IMG/VR virus record: IMGVR_UViG_3300007504_000006
Location: 22,249-86,248 of that record
From: a virus
Direction: 5' to 3' (one strand)
Length of the DNA stretch: 64,000 nt
Shown: in pieces, positions 11,082-20,988 of the stretch
Layout: each line of letters opens with the position of its first letter
Numbering within the stretch: position 1 is the first letter of the stretch
The notes under the pieces: generated by a model
What the model was told of the DNA's origin: nothing
The model's database searches: none
The model's input: only the letters and a program-made list of their open reading frames with translations
Translations under genes and position numbers: made by a program

Positions 11082-13349
11082 TTATGCATCTTCCCTAGAT
11101 TGTTGATCGGCTAGTTCTTCTTCAAATCGTTCTTTGTTAAACTTTTGTTGATTATATCCGCCTTCTCCTTTTTCCTTATCAGAGTATGCACTTTGAGCTG
11201 AGGCTTTATCTCTTGCCGCACGGTTTTCTAAACTAATTTCTTCTTCACTTGTAAATCTCAATAAAGTAGGTCGAGCTTTTTCATAATTAGTTCCAAGATC
11301 CCTTACTGCTCCTAATGATTGAGTAAATGCTCCATTTGTAAATCGTGATATAACAGAAGTTACTTTAAATATTCCACTTATTGTTGTATTGTCGACAAAT
11401 TCCATTTTTCCTGTATCTTCATCTGGTTCTACAGGACTTCTAACATTTAACCAAAATAAATTTGCTCCCTGTTCGTATATTGCAAAATCTGCTATACCTG
11501 TAGTAGCATTTCTAAATTGTTTAGTTAAATTTGACATACCTAACCAAAATGGATCACCTTTAATTTCTAAATCTATTTTAGCCAATTCATTACCGCCAGA
11601 TAATTCCATATACATATTACCTAATTGTATCCGGCCTGTACTTTGATCAGGTGTTATATTTTTTTGTAAGGCATCATCTGTATCTACAGTATCTGACGAA
11701 ACAGTATACATTGAAATGTCTTCTTGAGTCGAAGGTAATGCATACGACTCTACAAATAAACCACTGCCTTTTCTAACATTTGTGCCAGTTTCACTTGCAA
11801 GTGCCGCTTGAGCTTTTTCTAATCCTTCTGCATCTGTAGGATTTGCACCATATACCAATCCTTGATCGCTCATAGGTCCATATGTTTTACCATAATATTT
11901 TCTAAGAGATGGAGGCAAATCATTTGGTTTTCTCATCTTTTTTGCTTCTTCACCGTTTTGAGAAGCACCTACTTTTAACTTTTTTGAATTTTGTGATCCT
12001 TCTCTTTGAGCTTGGTGTCCTGCTCTAATTGGCATTGCTCTAAAATATGTGAGATTAAAATTCATATCAAAATTTAATACTTCTGTGTTTAATCCTGTAA
12101 AATTATAATCGTATCGTTTAGTAAGTAATTGTTCTTCTAATAATTTGTTTATTCGTTTTTTCATTACATCAGGATCATTAAATTGTGTAGCTAATTCACC
12201 TGAATAAACAGCGGGTTCTTTATATGGTGCAAACGAATACAAATACTTTCTAGAATATCTTTTTCTTTTTATATCGTATTCACCAAATCTCATATCACAA
12301 ACTAAACGAAAAACTACCGCAATATTTGATGCATCTGTCATAGGACCATCAGGACCTTCTTGTCGTAAATACCCTTTCCCATCGGTAGTTTCTACACTTT
12401 GAAATTCTGTTGTTGCTCCCATTACAGTATTCAAAATATCTGGAATGTGAGATCCTTTTGCTATCTGAATCATTAACTTAGAACTATCTGTAAAATGTCG
12501 TGTTGATCGGTCATTTGTGGTTGCTTTTAAATTGGCAAATTTATAATCTTTCCATTTGGGATCTAATATAATATAATATTCATCTTTAATAAAATGTGCT
12601 TCAGCATCAACTTCATCTTGGGCACATTTATTTAGAAATGCTTGAAATCCTTTAACCCATTCGCCTAATGTAGATGCGGCTAAAGTAGAAACATTTTTTA
12701 TAGTTGGGCCAGTTCCACCGGCATATGATGAAACACCTGGTGATGTTGCAGATATTCTATATTGTCCACCTTTTTCTGTTATTGATATATTCATACTTTC
12801 TAACATAAGAGGATAAACAAAATAATATTCAGACTGTCCTGCCTCTACATTTTCTGCATTACCATTATTAAACATTACTTCTAATAAGTATGTTGCTTCT
12901 TTTGGTGTTTTAATTCCTAAATCTTTACATGCTCTATTAATATAATCTAATAATGCGGCGCCATGTGTTTCAACTATTGTTATGTTAAAACCTTTTCCTT
13001 GTGCAGATCTAGTTCCTTGATTCCAACTTACTGCCGCCATTATTTCTAAATCTACTATATTAAATACTGCCGTTGTTGCAGTTTCGGCGATTACTATTTT
13101 TTTCTTATTGTTTAAAGATAAATTATGAACAATAGTTGGATGGCATATACTTAATCGAAGATAATATGTTGCGGAAGGCATAGAACTTAAAGCATTACCT
13201 AAAAAACCCCTATGGGAATATTTTAAAGAATCTTTAGGAGCATAAGAAGACTTTGTTTTTGTTGCGGAGGCCGCTTGTCTTCGACCAAATTGCTCGTACC
13301 CTTTTTCTTGTTGGGTGTTTGGCTCTAAAAACCCAAATTCTTCAGACAT
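11082..13349 (-). CDS. Baseplate hub protein (gp27-like)
   Basis: KRYDYNFTGLNTEVLNFD, LEIKGDPFWL and SGIFKVTSVISRFTNGAFTQ.L C-terminus; lies between the LysM-like wedge gene and the spike. Confidence 0.6.
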   Translation of the reverse strand: MSEEFGFLEPNTQQEKGYEQFGRRQAASATKTKSSYAPKDSLKYSHRGFLGNALSSMPSATYYLRLSICHPTIVHNLSLNNKKKIVIAETATTAVFNIVDLEIMAAVSWNQGTRSAQGKGFNITIVETHGAALLDYINRACKDLGIKTPKEATYLLEVMFNNGNAENVEAGQSEYYFVYPLMLESMNISITEKGGQYRISATSPGVSSYAGGTGPTIKNVSTLAASTLGEWVKGFQAFLNKCAQDEVDAEAHFIKDEYYIILDPKWKDYKFANLKATTNDRSTRHFTDSSKLMIQIAKGSHIPDILNTVMGATTEFQSVETTDGKGYLRQEGPDGPMTDASNIAVVFRLVCDMRFGEYDIKRKRYSRKYLYSFAPYKEPAVYSGELATQFNDPDVMKKRINKLLEEQLLTKRYDYNFTGLNTEVLNFDMNFNLTYFRAMPIRAGHQAQREGSQNSKKLKVGASQNGEEAKKMRKPNDLPPSLRKYYGKTYGPMSDQGLVYGANPTDAEGLEKAQAALASETGTNVRKGSGLFVESYALPSTQEDISMYTVSSDTVDTDDALQKNITPDQSTGRIQLGNMYMELSGGNELAKIDLEIKGDPFWLGMSNLTKQFRNATTGIADFAIYEQGANLFWLNVRSPVEPDEDTGKMEFVDNTTISGIFKVTSVISRFTNGAFTQSLGAVRDLGTNYEKARPTLLRFTSEEEISLENRAARDKASAQSAYSDKEKGEGGYNQQKFNKERFEEELADQQSREDA

Positions 13350-13360
13350 ATTTTCTTCCT

Positions 13361-13657
13361 CTACTGCAAATATGAACTTATATCAGACTGATTAGGTGTT
13401 AATATTTCTACACCTTCATTAAAATCCCATACAGGATCATTTAACTTATCAGGATTTAACATTTTAAAAACCCACCATAACTGAGGTGTCCCATATAATT
13501 CGTTGCTTAAAAGATCAGGACGATTTCTATGGTGTCTTGAAATTATCATAGTTATTTCATTACCTGTAACCTCGACTTCTGGTGCTTTCCATATTCCTAA
13601 TCTACCTGCATCCATCGGAGTTAATGCGTATATACTATTAGTTTTATATGTTGCCAT
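13361..13657 (-). CDS. Baseplate wedge protein, gp53/LysM-like
   Basis: RPDLLSNELYGTPQLWWVF..LNP motif. Confidence 0.75.
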   Translation of the reverse strand: MATYKTNSIYALTPMDAGRLGIWKAPEVEVTGNEITMIISRHHRNRPDLLSNELYGTPQLWWVFKMLNPDKLNDPVWDFNEGVEILTPNQSDISSYLQ

Positions 13658-14292
13658 TAAATAAATCCGTCCTTAACTAATTTTCCTGATTTAAAATCGT
13701 TCATAGTAAATTTTGTTCTAAGTTTACTAGGAGTTTGTTGTATTACCATATCAATTACCAAATTTAACATGCTAGGTACTTTTGAATTAAATCCATCTGA
13801 AAATCCTGCTTCTGCTGAATCTGTTTCTACATCTATATAATCGACATCTTGTCCTAAATCATATGCAAATGAACGAATTAAAACTGGAACATTACTAAAC
13901 ATTAAATCACCATATGCACTAAATTTTAATACAGGTGGAGGAGTTCCTCTTTTTTTATCATTCATCCCAAAATGCATTTTTGTTACAATACGTAAAAAAT
14001 GCAAAACTGCAATCATGTAATGCCCTTCTGCCGCAGATTGAGCAGTTAGCGGACCAGACACTTGTAAATTAGGCGGTCTACTTTTAGTAAAATAACTAAC
14101 AGGATAATTTGTATGTGCCGTTTCATATTCACCATATTCTGCTTGATGAGATATATTAATAGTTGGTGTGTAAGGCCAAATTATCCCATTAAATTTTTTA
14201 AGGGGTAATAAAATAGGATTTGGTGCACCAGACTCTGTTTCTAATATATCACTATTTCTTGGTAACGATACTCTTGCTCGTATATCTTTCAT
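13657..14292 (-). CDS. Tail tube initiator / baseplate-tube junction protein (gp48/gp54-like)
   Basis: WPYTPTI, HTNYP, GTPPPVLKFSAYG..FSNVPV motifs; position in the baseplate operon. Confidence 0.6.
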   Translation of the reverse strand: MKDIRARVSLPRNSDILETESGAPNPILLPLKKFNGIIWPYTPTINISHQAEYGEYETAHTNYPVSYFTKSRPPNLQVSGPLTAQSAAEGHYMIAVLHFLRIVTKMHFGMNDKKRGTPPPVLKFSAYGDLMFSNVPVLIRSFAYDLGQDVDYIDVETDSAEAGFSDGFNSKVPSMLNLVIDMVIQQTPSKLRTKFTMNDFKSGKLVKDGFI

Positions 14293-14927
14293 CGCCTAAT
14301 TCCTCGCATTACTATGCCAAATATTCTATCTCTAGATTTAGAATCGGTTTGTATGTTTCCAAAATAATCATTGAATAATTCTCGCATTTGTAATTGATCA
14401 TCTTCTTTTATTATATCGGATCTAAATTTTGAAGCGTTCATTCCGCCTTCCATACTAGGTACTGTATATTTGTAAGAACGCTCTTGTCCTGTTTCAGGGT
14501 CTACAGAAGGTTCAGGTAATATATTTTCAGTATATTCTTGTACAACATTACCGGATTTTAATCGTTCAGCATCCTTAACACCTAATGCTAATACTACATA
14601 ATTAGAAGAAGGATCCCTTCCTACTTTAGTTAAATCAGGTCTGTATGGCATAGTTTCTATAATATGATCTTTTGGTACTCCATACATTGTTGCAATTATA
14701 TCTGCCTTCTCCTGAAATGTAAATGGATCAGTAGAGTAGTCACCTGCCGCATGTGCCTGTTGTTGTTTTTTACCAAACATAGTAGCGATAAATACGTTGT
14801 TGGCACCAAACTTTTCACTTAAATGTTTATATACACCATAATGCCCTTTATGCATAGGCTGGAATCTGCCTCCATAAAATACAACCGGTGTTTTAGCAAT
14901 TGCTTCAAAAAGTTCAAGAATTCTCAT
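14289..14927 (-). CDS. Cytidylyltransferase-like (HxGH) nucleotidyltransferase
   Basis: YGGRFQPMHKGH, PFTFQEK, G.KDAERL and ASKFR motifs. Confidence 0.75.
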   Translation of the reverse strand: MRILELFEAIAKTPVVFYGGRFQPMHKGHYGVYKHLSEKFGANNVFIATMFGKKQQQAHAAGDYSTDPFTFQEKADIIATMYGVPKDHIIETMPYRPDLTKVGRDPSSNYVVLALGVKDAERLKSGNVVQEYTENILPEPSVDPETGQERSYKYTVPSMEGGMNASKFRSDIIKEDDQLQMRELFNDYFGNIQTDSKSRDRIFGIVMRGIRR

Positions 14928-14932
14928 ATTAA

Positions 14933-14940
14933 TATTTATT
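14933..14940 (-). promoter_or_regulatory. T4-type late promoter (AATAAATA) for the baseplate operon
   Basis: The reverse strand reads cgAATAAATAtt just upstream of the 14927 ATG. Confidence 0.55.
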
Positions 14941-14950
14941 CGAAAAATTC

Positions 14951-14979
14951 TTGACTTTTTTTACCTTATAATGTATAAT
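14951..14979 (+). promoter_or_regulatory. Sigma70-type promoter for the gp55-gp46 block
   Basis: TTGACT-17 nt-TATAAT. Confidence 0.75.
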
Positions 14980-15006
14980 AATAGCAGTAAATAACCACGG
15001 AGAATC

Positions 15007-15816
15007 ATGGCTGTAAAACGAAATTATTTAAACAATAAAGATATTTTAAAACAAATACATTTATCAAAACAGACATATTGTGCATATACACATGATAAAT
15101 TTAAGGATTACGATTTAATTGTAGCAGAACATGTTAATTGTATTGATATTGAAGATTTAACAGACGAAAATAAAGAAGAGGCAATTACCAATCGTAAAAA
15201 ACGATTAGAAATTGACAAGGATGTAGAAGTAGAAATTGATCCAAATGATATTGTTTATAGAGTTTATGACTTTGCACACATACCTTTAGAACCAGGCAGA
15301 AAAAATAAACCTAAAACAATAGCGGATCATCATGCTAAAGTAAATTTTCCTCCTTTTAAACACTATGTTTGGAATCAAAATAAAAACAGATATAAAGAAG
15401 TAGCAAGATCACATTGGAAGGGCACTATTTCTACAGGTAAGTTTTGTGTTGAACATGGATACATGACAGATGAACTTGCTAATATGTGTATGAAACTTAC
15501 AGAACGATATGCTACACGATCTAATTGGCGAGGGTACACTTATGTAGATGAAATGCGGTCGCAAGCATTATTGCAACTATCACAAATTTCATTACAATTT
15601 GATGAGAGCAAATCACAAAACCCATTTGCATATTATACTGCCGCAATTACAAATTCTTTTACACGAGTATTAAATGTCGAAAAACGTAGTCAAAATATAC
15701 GTGACGATCTACTAGAAAAAGCAGGACATAATCCTAGTTATACTAGACAAGTAGCACATCAAATTGCTATTGCTGAAAAAGCAGAAACAGAAAGAAGAGA
15801 ACGAGGCGAAGTATAA
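15007..15816 (+). CDS. gp55: Late-transcription sigma factor, gp55-like
   Basis: NYLNNKD N-terminus; NWRGYTYVDEM..ALLQL....FDESKSQNPFAYYT...NSF.RVL..EK. Confidence 0.85.
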   Translation: MAVKRNYLNNKDILKQIHLSKQTYCAYTHDKFKDYDLIVAEHVNCIDIEDLTDENKEEAITNRKKRLEIDKDVEVEIDPNDIVYRVYDFAHIPLEPGRKNKPKTIADHHAKVNFPPFKHYVWNQNKNRYKEVARSHWKGTISTGKFCVEHGYMTDELANMCMKLTERYATRSNWRGYTYVDEMRSQALLQLSQISLQFDESKSQNPFAYYTAAITNSFTRVLNVEKRSQNIRDDLLEKAGHNPSYTRQVAHQIAIAEKAETERRERGEV

Positions 15817-16574
15817 TGCTTCATAGTAGAATCGATTTTAATGAAGACATTGCAACAAATGTTAGGTTATTTAATCCGTTTGGACCTAACATGTTTTATA
15901 TGTCATTAAAAGATCGACATACAGCAGAACTGTTAGAAATAATTAATAAACTTAGTAGCCAACAAGATATAAAAGATAAATTAAATGCAATTGGTCAAAT
16001 TGTTCACGGTACTAAAGGAAAAGAAAATCAAAAAAATAGTATAGTTGATGGAGAAATGTATCCTATACGTACAGAATTTTTAGAAGAAAATGATAAACAA
16101 ATTCTTATAGATGTAATTACAAATTTAACATTAACATATGCTCAAATTGTTACTTCTCATGCTAAAGATGATCTTGCATTAAGAGATGATTCTGATGCCA
16201 TTGAAAAACTAAAAAAAGAAGAAAATGAATATGTGGCCGAAATACAAGGTCTTTGGTATGTTAAAATGAAGGCTGGAGATTTTCATATACTACATGAACA
16301 TTCTACATCTGGAGCAACTATGAGTGGAGCAATATATTTAGATGTACCTGAGTTACCTTGGCCACAAGGTAATATAAATTGGATTCCTCCTGGCGGAGAA
16401 AACACTATGTATAATAGTACATGGCAACTTAGTCCTAAATCAGGCGATGTTATTATGTGGCCTGCATGGTTATTACATACAGTATATCCATTTAAAAGTG
16501 ATAAAGAACGAATTATGATTTCTTTTAATTCTATTTTATTAACCCAAAAAGGGGAGAAGTATAATGCTTTATAG
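15816..16574 (+). CDS. Putative 2OG-Fe(II) oxygenase (paralog 1)
   Basis: HEH...SGAIYL.VP, P..GD...WP.WL.H.VYPF and ERI.ISFN motifs. Confidence 0.75.
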   Translation: MLHSRIDFNEDIATNVRLFNPFGPNMFYMSLKDRHTAELLEIINKLSSQQDIKDKLNAIGQIVHGTKGKENQKNSIVDGEMYPIRTEFLEENDKQILIDVITNLTLTYAQIVTSHAKDDLALRDDSDAIEKLKKEENEYVAEIQGLWYVKMKAGDFHILHEHSTSGATMSGAIYLDVPELPWPQGNINWIPPGGENTMYNSTWQLSPKSGDVIMWPAWLLHTVYPFKSDKERIMISFNSILLTQKGEKYNAL

Positions 16575-17322
16575 TAATATTAATATTAATTCCGATATTG
16601 GAACTGATGCAAGTTTTTTTAATCCATTTGGTCCTAATATTTTATATTATAAATTACAACCCGATGTTTTAAAAAAAACATTAGATTGTGTAAATGCATA
16701 CCGAAGTGATCGAGAATATATCGAAGAATTAAAAACCAAAGGACAAATAATCCAAGGAACTAGATCACAAGAAAGTCAATCAAATTCTATTGTTAGTGGT
16801 GAAATGCTACTAATAGAACAAGAGTTTCAAGAAAAACATTTTGATAATATTATTCAAGATATTATTAATATAACTAGTTATAATTATGGATTACAATCTG
16901 CTAAATTTAGTGTATTCGATATGGGTATGCGAGATATACAAGACGAATATATAAAAGAAATTGACGAAGATATATCGTCATTGAAAGTTTCTATTAAAGA
17001 TTGTTGGTTTGTTGTTTTAAAAGAAGGAGATTTCCATATTTTACATGAACATCATTATGGAGGAGCAATTCTTAGTGGAGCAATTTATTTAGATGTACCT
17101 GAAAAGCCGTGGCCTCAAGGTAATATTAATTGGATAGTTAATGGAGTTTCAACTCATATGTTTAACTCTAGTTGGGGATTACAACCAACCACAGGAGATG
17201 TTTTTATGTGGCCGTCTTGGATTAAACATTCAGTGTATCCTTTTAAAGGAGAAGGAGAACGAATTATGATATCGTTTAATGCAACCCTTTTACGTGCAAG
17301 AGATAAAAAAAATGACAAATAA
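16564..17322 (+). CDS. Putative 2OG-Fe(II) oxygenase (paralog 2)
   Basis: Same motifs and same length (252 aa) as the upstream gene. Confidence 0.75.
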   Translation: MLYSNININSDIGTDASFFNPFGPNILYYKLQPDVLKKTLDCVNAYRSDREYIEELKTKGQIIQGTRSQESQSNSIVSGEMLLIEQEFQEKHFDNIIQDIINITSYNYGLQSAKFSVFDMGMRDIQDEYIKEIDEDISSLKVSIKDCWFVVLKEGDFHILHEHHYGGAILSGAIYLDVPEKPWPQGNINWIVNGVSTHMFNSSWGLQPTTGDVFMWPSWIKHSVYPFKGEGERIMISFNATLLRARDKKNDK

Positions 17323-18340
17323 TTTATTTAAAAAAGTAGCATGTTTTACAGATATACATTTTGGTTTAAGAAATAATAGTAGATTACACAATACAGATTG
17401 TGAAGAATTTATTAAATGGTTTATTGAAGAAGCTAAAAAAGAAAAATGTGAAACTTGTATATTTTTAGGTGATTGGCATCATCATAGGGCATCTATTAAT
17501 GTTAGCACATTAAATTATACAATGTCTAATTTAGAATTTTTATCTAAAGCATTTACAAATGTATTTGTTATAATGGGCAATCATGATTTATTTTACAGAG
17601 ATAAACGAGAAATTAATAGTGTAGCATTTGGTGGATTATATGATAATGTACATATTGTAAATAGTATTTTTACAGAAGGTGATGTTAGCATTGTTCCATG
17701 GTTGGTACAAGACGAATGGAAGGAAATGCCTAATATAAAATCTAGGTATATATTTGGTCATTTCGAATTAGGCGGATTTCAAATGAATCAACTTGTAGCA
17801 ATGCCAGAAAATGGAGGATTGGGACAACAACATTTTAAAAATCAAGAATATGTTTTTAGCGGTCACTTTCATAATAGACAACAACAAAAAAATGTAGTGT
17901 ATATAGGTAATACTTTTCCACATAATTATTCTGATACTTGGCAAGATAATAGAGGAATGATGATATTAGAATGGGGTAAAGAACCACAATATACTGCATG
18001 GCCAAATGCACCATCATTTAAAACAATTAATCTTAGTAAATTAATTGATGCACCAGAAAAATATTTAAAACCAAAAACATATATAAGAGTAACATTAGAC
18101 ATAGATATTTCATATGAAGAAGCAACTCATATTAAACAAGCATTTACAGACGAATATAAATTACGAGAAATAGTATTATTACCAGAACGAGAGGACGAAC
18201 ACGAGGTAGATTGGTCCGAAGGAGAGGTTCCAAAATTTGAATCTGTAGATCAAATAGTATTAAGCGAACTTTCTACTATTAAATCGACCCATATTGATAA
18301 CAATAAATTGGTTGACATCTATAACAATCTGACTGTATAA
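17312..18340 (+). CDS. gp47: Recombination endonuclease subunit (Mre11/SbcD-like)
   Basis: DIHFG, GDWHH, GNHD, GHFE and SGHFH phosphoesterase motifs; likely start is the ATG at 17312. Confidence 0.92.
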   Translation: MTNNLFKKVACFTDIHFGLRNNSRLHNTDCEEFIKWFIEEAKKEKCETCIFLGDWHHHRASINVSTLNYTMSNLEFLSKAFTNVFVIMGNHDLFYRDKREINSVAFGGLYDNVHIVNSIFTEGDVSIVPWLVQDEWKEMPNIKSRYIFGHFELGGFQMNQLVAMPENGGLGQQHFKNQEYVFSGHFHNRQQQKNVVYIGNTFPHNYSDTWQDNRGMMILEWGKEPQYTAWPNAPSFKTINLSKLIDAPEKYLKPKTYIRVTLDIDISYEEATHIKQAFTDEYKLREIVLLPEREDEHEVDWSEGEVPKFESVDQIVLSELSTIKSTHIDNNKLVDIYNNLTV

Positions 18341-18341
18341 T
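18312..18341 (+). promoter_or_regulatory. Sigma70-type promoter upstream of gp46
   Basis: TTGACA-18 nt-TATAAT. Confidence 0.6.
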
Positions 18342-18349
18342 AATAGATT

Positions 18350-20083
18350 ATGCTTACTATCAAAGAAATTACCATCAAGAATTTTATGAGTGTTGGTAAT
18401 GTAACACAAGGAGTTCTTTTAAACGATACTGGTTTAACTTTAGTTCTTGGAAACAATTTAGATTTAGGCGGAGACGGGTCACGCAATGGTACAGGAAAAA
18501 CAACTCTTGTAAATGCGTTATCTTATGGTCTATTTGGTCTTCCATTAACTAATATCAGACGTGATAATTTAATCAATAAAACCAATGGCAAACATATGCT
18601 TGTCACGATTGAATTTTCATGCAATCGTGTAACGTATAGAATTGAACGAGGACGTAAACCAGGTATATTAAAATTTTATGTTAACGACTCTGAACAAATA
18701 GATGAAACAGACGAAGGACAAGGTGAAAGTAAATTAACACAAAAGCAAATAGATAAAGTTCTAGGTATGACACATAATATGTTTAAACATGTTATGGCAC
18801 TTAATACATACACAGAACCTTTTCTTGCTATGAAACAAAATGATCAACGAAACTTAATAGAAGAATTGTTAGGTATTACTTTACTTTCAGAAAAAGCGGC
18901 ATTATTAAAAGAATTAGTTAAAGAAACAAAAGATAACCATAAAGAAGAAGAATACAGAATAGGTGGAATTCAACAAGCAAATGAACAAATAGAAAGTTCT
19001 ATTAACGATTTACAACGTCGAAGTGATTTGTGGGACAGGAAGCATAAAGAAAATATAGAAGAATTAAAAAATAAATTACTAGAATTATCTGAAGTAGATA
19101 TAGATATAGAATTGCAAGCTCATAAGGACTTAGAAGCATATAGTGAGCTTCAAAGAAAAACGTCGCAATTAGACGGGAATATTGCACAAATTGACACCAA
19201 AATCTCCAAGTTAAATCAAGACCTATCAAGTATAAAAGATGATGCATGTTACGTATGTGGAAAACCATTAGATGATGAGTTGCATAAAAAACTATTAAAA
19301 ACAAAAGAAGATAAATTAAAAAATTATACAGAAGAAGTGTCTGAGTATAAACGAGAAAGAGAAGACCTAGGATCGTTAGGCAAGCAACCAATTACCCATT
19401 ATGATAAAATAAGCGATGCATATAATCACAAAACAACATTAGATACGTTATCAAATCAATTAGAAAGTAAATTAACAGAAACAAATCAGTACATAGAACA
19501 AATAGAAACACTTCAAGATAAAGGATTACAAGAAATAAATTGGAACAAAATTAACGAATTAAATAATTTAAAAGAACACCAAGAATTTTTATTAAAGCTT
19601 CTTACAAATAAGGATTCTTTTATAAGAAAGAAGATTATAGACCAAAACTTAGCATATTTAAATACAAGGCTTAAATATTACTTACAAAAACTAGGTCTAC
19701 CACATTATGTAAATTTTCAAAGTGATTTAACTGTAGAAATTACAGAGCATGGAAGAGATTTAGATTTTGATAACTTATCACGAGGAGAGCGTAATAGGCT
19801 TATACTAGGTTTAAGTTTCTCGTTTAGGGATATATTTGAATCTATGAATACTCCAATTAATTTAATGTTTATAGACGAATTAATTGACTCCGGAATGGAC
19901 ACAACCGGAGTTGAGTCTGCATTGGCTGAGCTTAAAAGAATTACAAGGGAACGAAATAAAAATATATTTTTAATTTCACATAAAGACGAACTTGTAGGAC
20001 GAGTAAATGATATATTAAATGTAGTTAAAGAAGATGGATTTACATCATTTAGTTGCGATAAGGAAGTACTAGAACATGTCTGA
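18350..20083 (+). CDS. gp46: Recombination ATPase subunit (Rad50/SbcC-like)
   Basis: Walker A NGTGKTT, coiled coil with CYVC zinc hook, LSRGE signature, FIDELID Walker B, ISH. Confidence 0.93.
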   Translation: MLTIKEITIKNFMSVGNVTQGVLLNDTGLTLVLGNNLDLGGDGSRNGTGKTTLVNALSYGLFGLPLTNIRRDNLINKTNGKHMLVTIEFSCNRVTYRIERGRKPGILKFYVNDSEQIDETDEGQGESKLTQKQIDKVLGMTHNMFKHVMALNTYTEPFLAMKQNDQRNLIEELLGITLLSEKAALLKELVKETKDNHKEEEYRIGGIQQANEQIESSINDLQRRSDLWDRKHKENIEELKNKLLELSEVDIDIELQAHKDLEAYSELQRKTSQLDGNIAQIDTKISKLNQDLSSIKDDACYVCGKPLDDELHKKLLKTKEDKLKNYTEEVSEYKREREDLGSLGKQPITHYDKISDAYNHKTTLDTLSNQLESKLTETNQYIEQIETLQDKGLQEINWNKINELNNLKEHQEFLLKLLTNKDSFIRKKIIDQNLAYLNTRLKYYLQKLGLPHYVNFQSDLTVEITEHGRDLDFDNLSRGERNRLILGLSFSFRDIFESMNTPINLMFIDELIDSGMDTTGVESALAELKRITRERNKNIFLISHKDELVGRVNDILNVVKEDGFTSFSCDKEVLEHV

Positions 20084-20279
20084 AACACCATGGATTGATA
20101 GAAGATCATTATTAGACATAACTCAACAATCTAGAGGAGGAGCTGGATTGGCACCATTAGATATGGGATATGTATACGTCTTTAAAAACGGAGAAACCAG
20201 ACATTGTTTAGATGACTCGGAGGCATATAACTTTTATGCAGATAACAAAGAACGACTTGACTCAGAACCAACAATTTAA
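20076..20279 (+). CDS. Hypothetical protein, 67 aa
   Basis: Overlaps the gp46 stop codon; in operon. Confidence 0.55.
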   Translation: MSETPWIDRRSLLDITQQSRGGAGLAPLDMGYVYVFKNGETRHCLDDSEAYNFYADNKERLDSEPTI

Positions 20280-20988
20280 ATTTTTTATAGCGGCCCCGTT
20301 TGGCAATTATATTAAACATAAAAATGCAATTAATGTTAGAGGTTCTTTTACAATATTACGTAGACCAGGATTAATTAAACAACTATTTAGAACTCTTAGA
20401 TATGATTTTTCTAAAAAAGGATGGAAGAACGAATTAGGACTCCGTAATCCGGGTATAAAACACGGACTTAATAAATACAGAAACAACGGCAAAGAAGTTA
20501 TAAGTATTGCCGCAATTATGCCTAGAGATTGGGGTGACTTTGCAAAAGACATACCCGATCATGTAAACTTAGAATTAAATTTAAGTTGTCCAAATATCGA
20601 TAAAGTAGAAATAGATTATAAAGCTCTTACTAAGTTTTATAATGCATTTTGGGATAATAAACGAGAATGGTGTATAGCCAAAATATCGCCCCTATCTACA
20701 GAGGACGAAATCAAGCGATTATTAGACATTGGGTTTGGTCAGATCCACTGCTCCAACACCCTCCCTATTACTGGCGGAGGATTGAGCGGAAAGGAATTGA
20801 TAAGTTACACGATCAAACTCATAGATTACATAAAGACACACTTTCCCTCAGTGAAGATTATCGCAGGAGGAGGGATTGATCATATAGATATTGTAAATTA
20901 CTATAAAGGTAAAGGTGCAGATTATTTCAGTTTAGGAACTGTATGTTTTACACCTTGGAAATTATCAAAAATACTTAATGCCAAGTAA
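20257..20988 (+). CDS. Dihydroorotate dehydrogenase-like FMN TIM-barrel protein (start uncertain, 20212-20257)
   Basis: N.LGLRNPG, ELNLSCPN, KISP, SNTL, GGLSG and IIAGGGI motifs of class 1 DHODH. Confidence 0.75.
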   Translation: MTQNQQFKFFIAAPFGNYIKHKNAINVRGSFTILRRPGLIKQLFRTLRYDFSKKGWKNELGLRNPGIKHGLNKYRNNGKEVISIAAIMPRDWGDFAKDIPDHVNLELNLSCPNIDKVEIDYKALTKFYNAFWDNKREWCIAKISPLSTEDEIKRLLDIGFGQIHCSNTLPITGGGLSGKELISYTIKLIDYIKTHFPSVKIIAGGGIDHIDIVNYYKGKGADYFSLGTVCFTPWKLSKILNAK

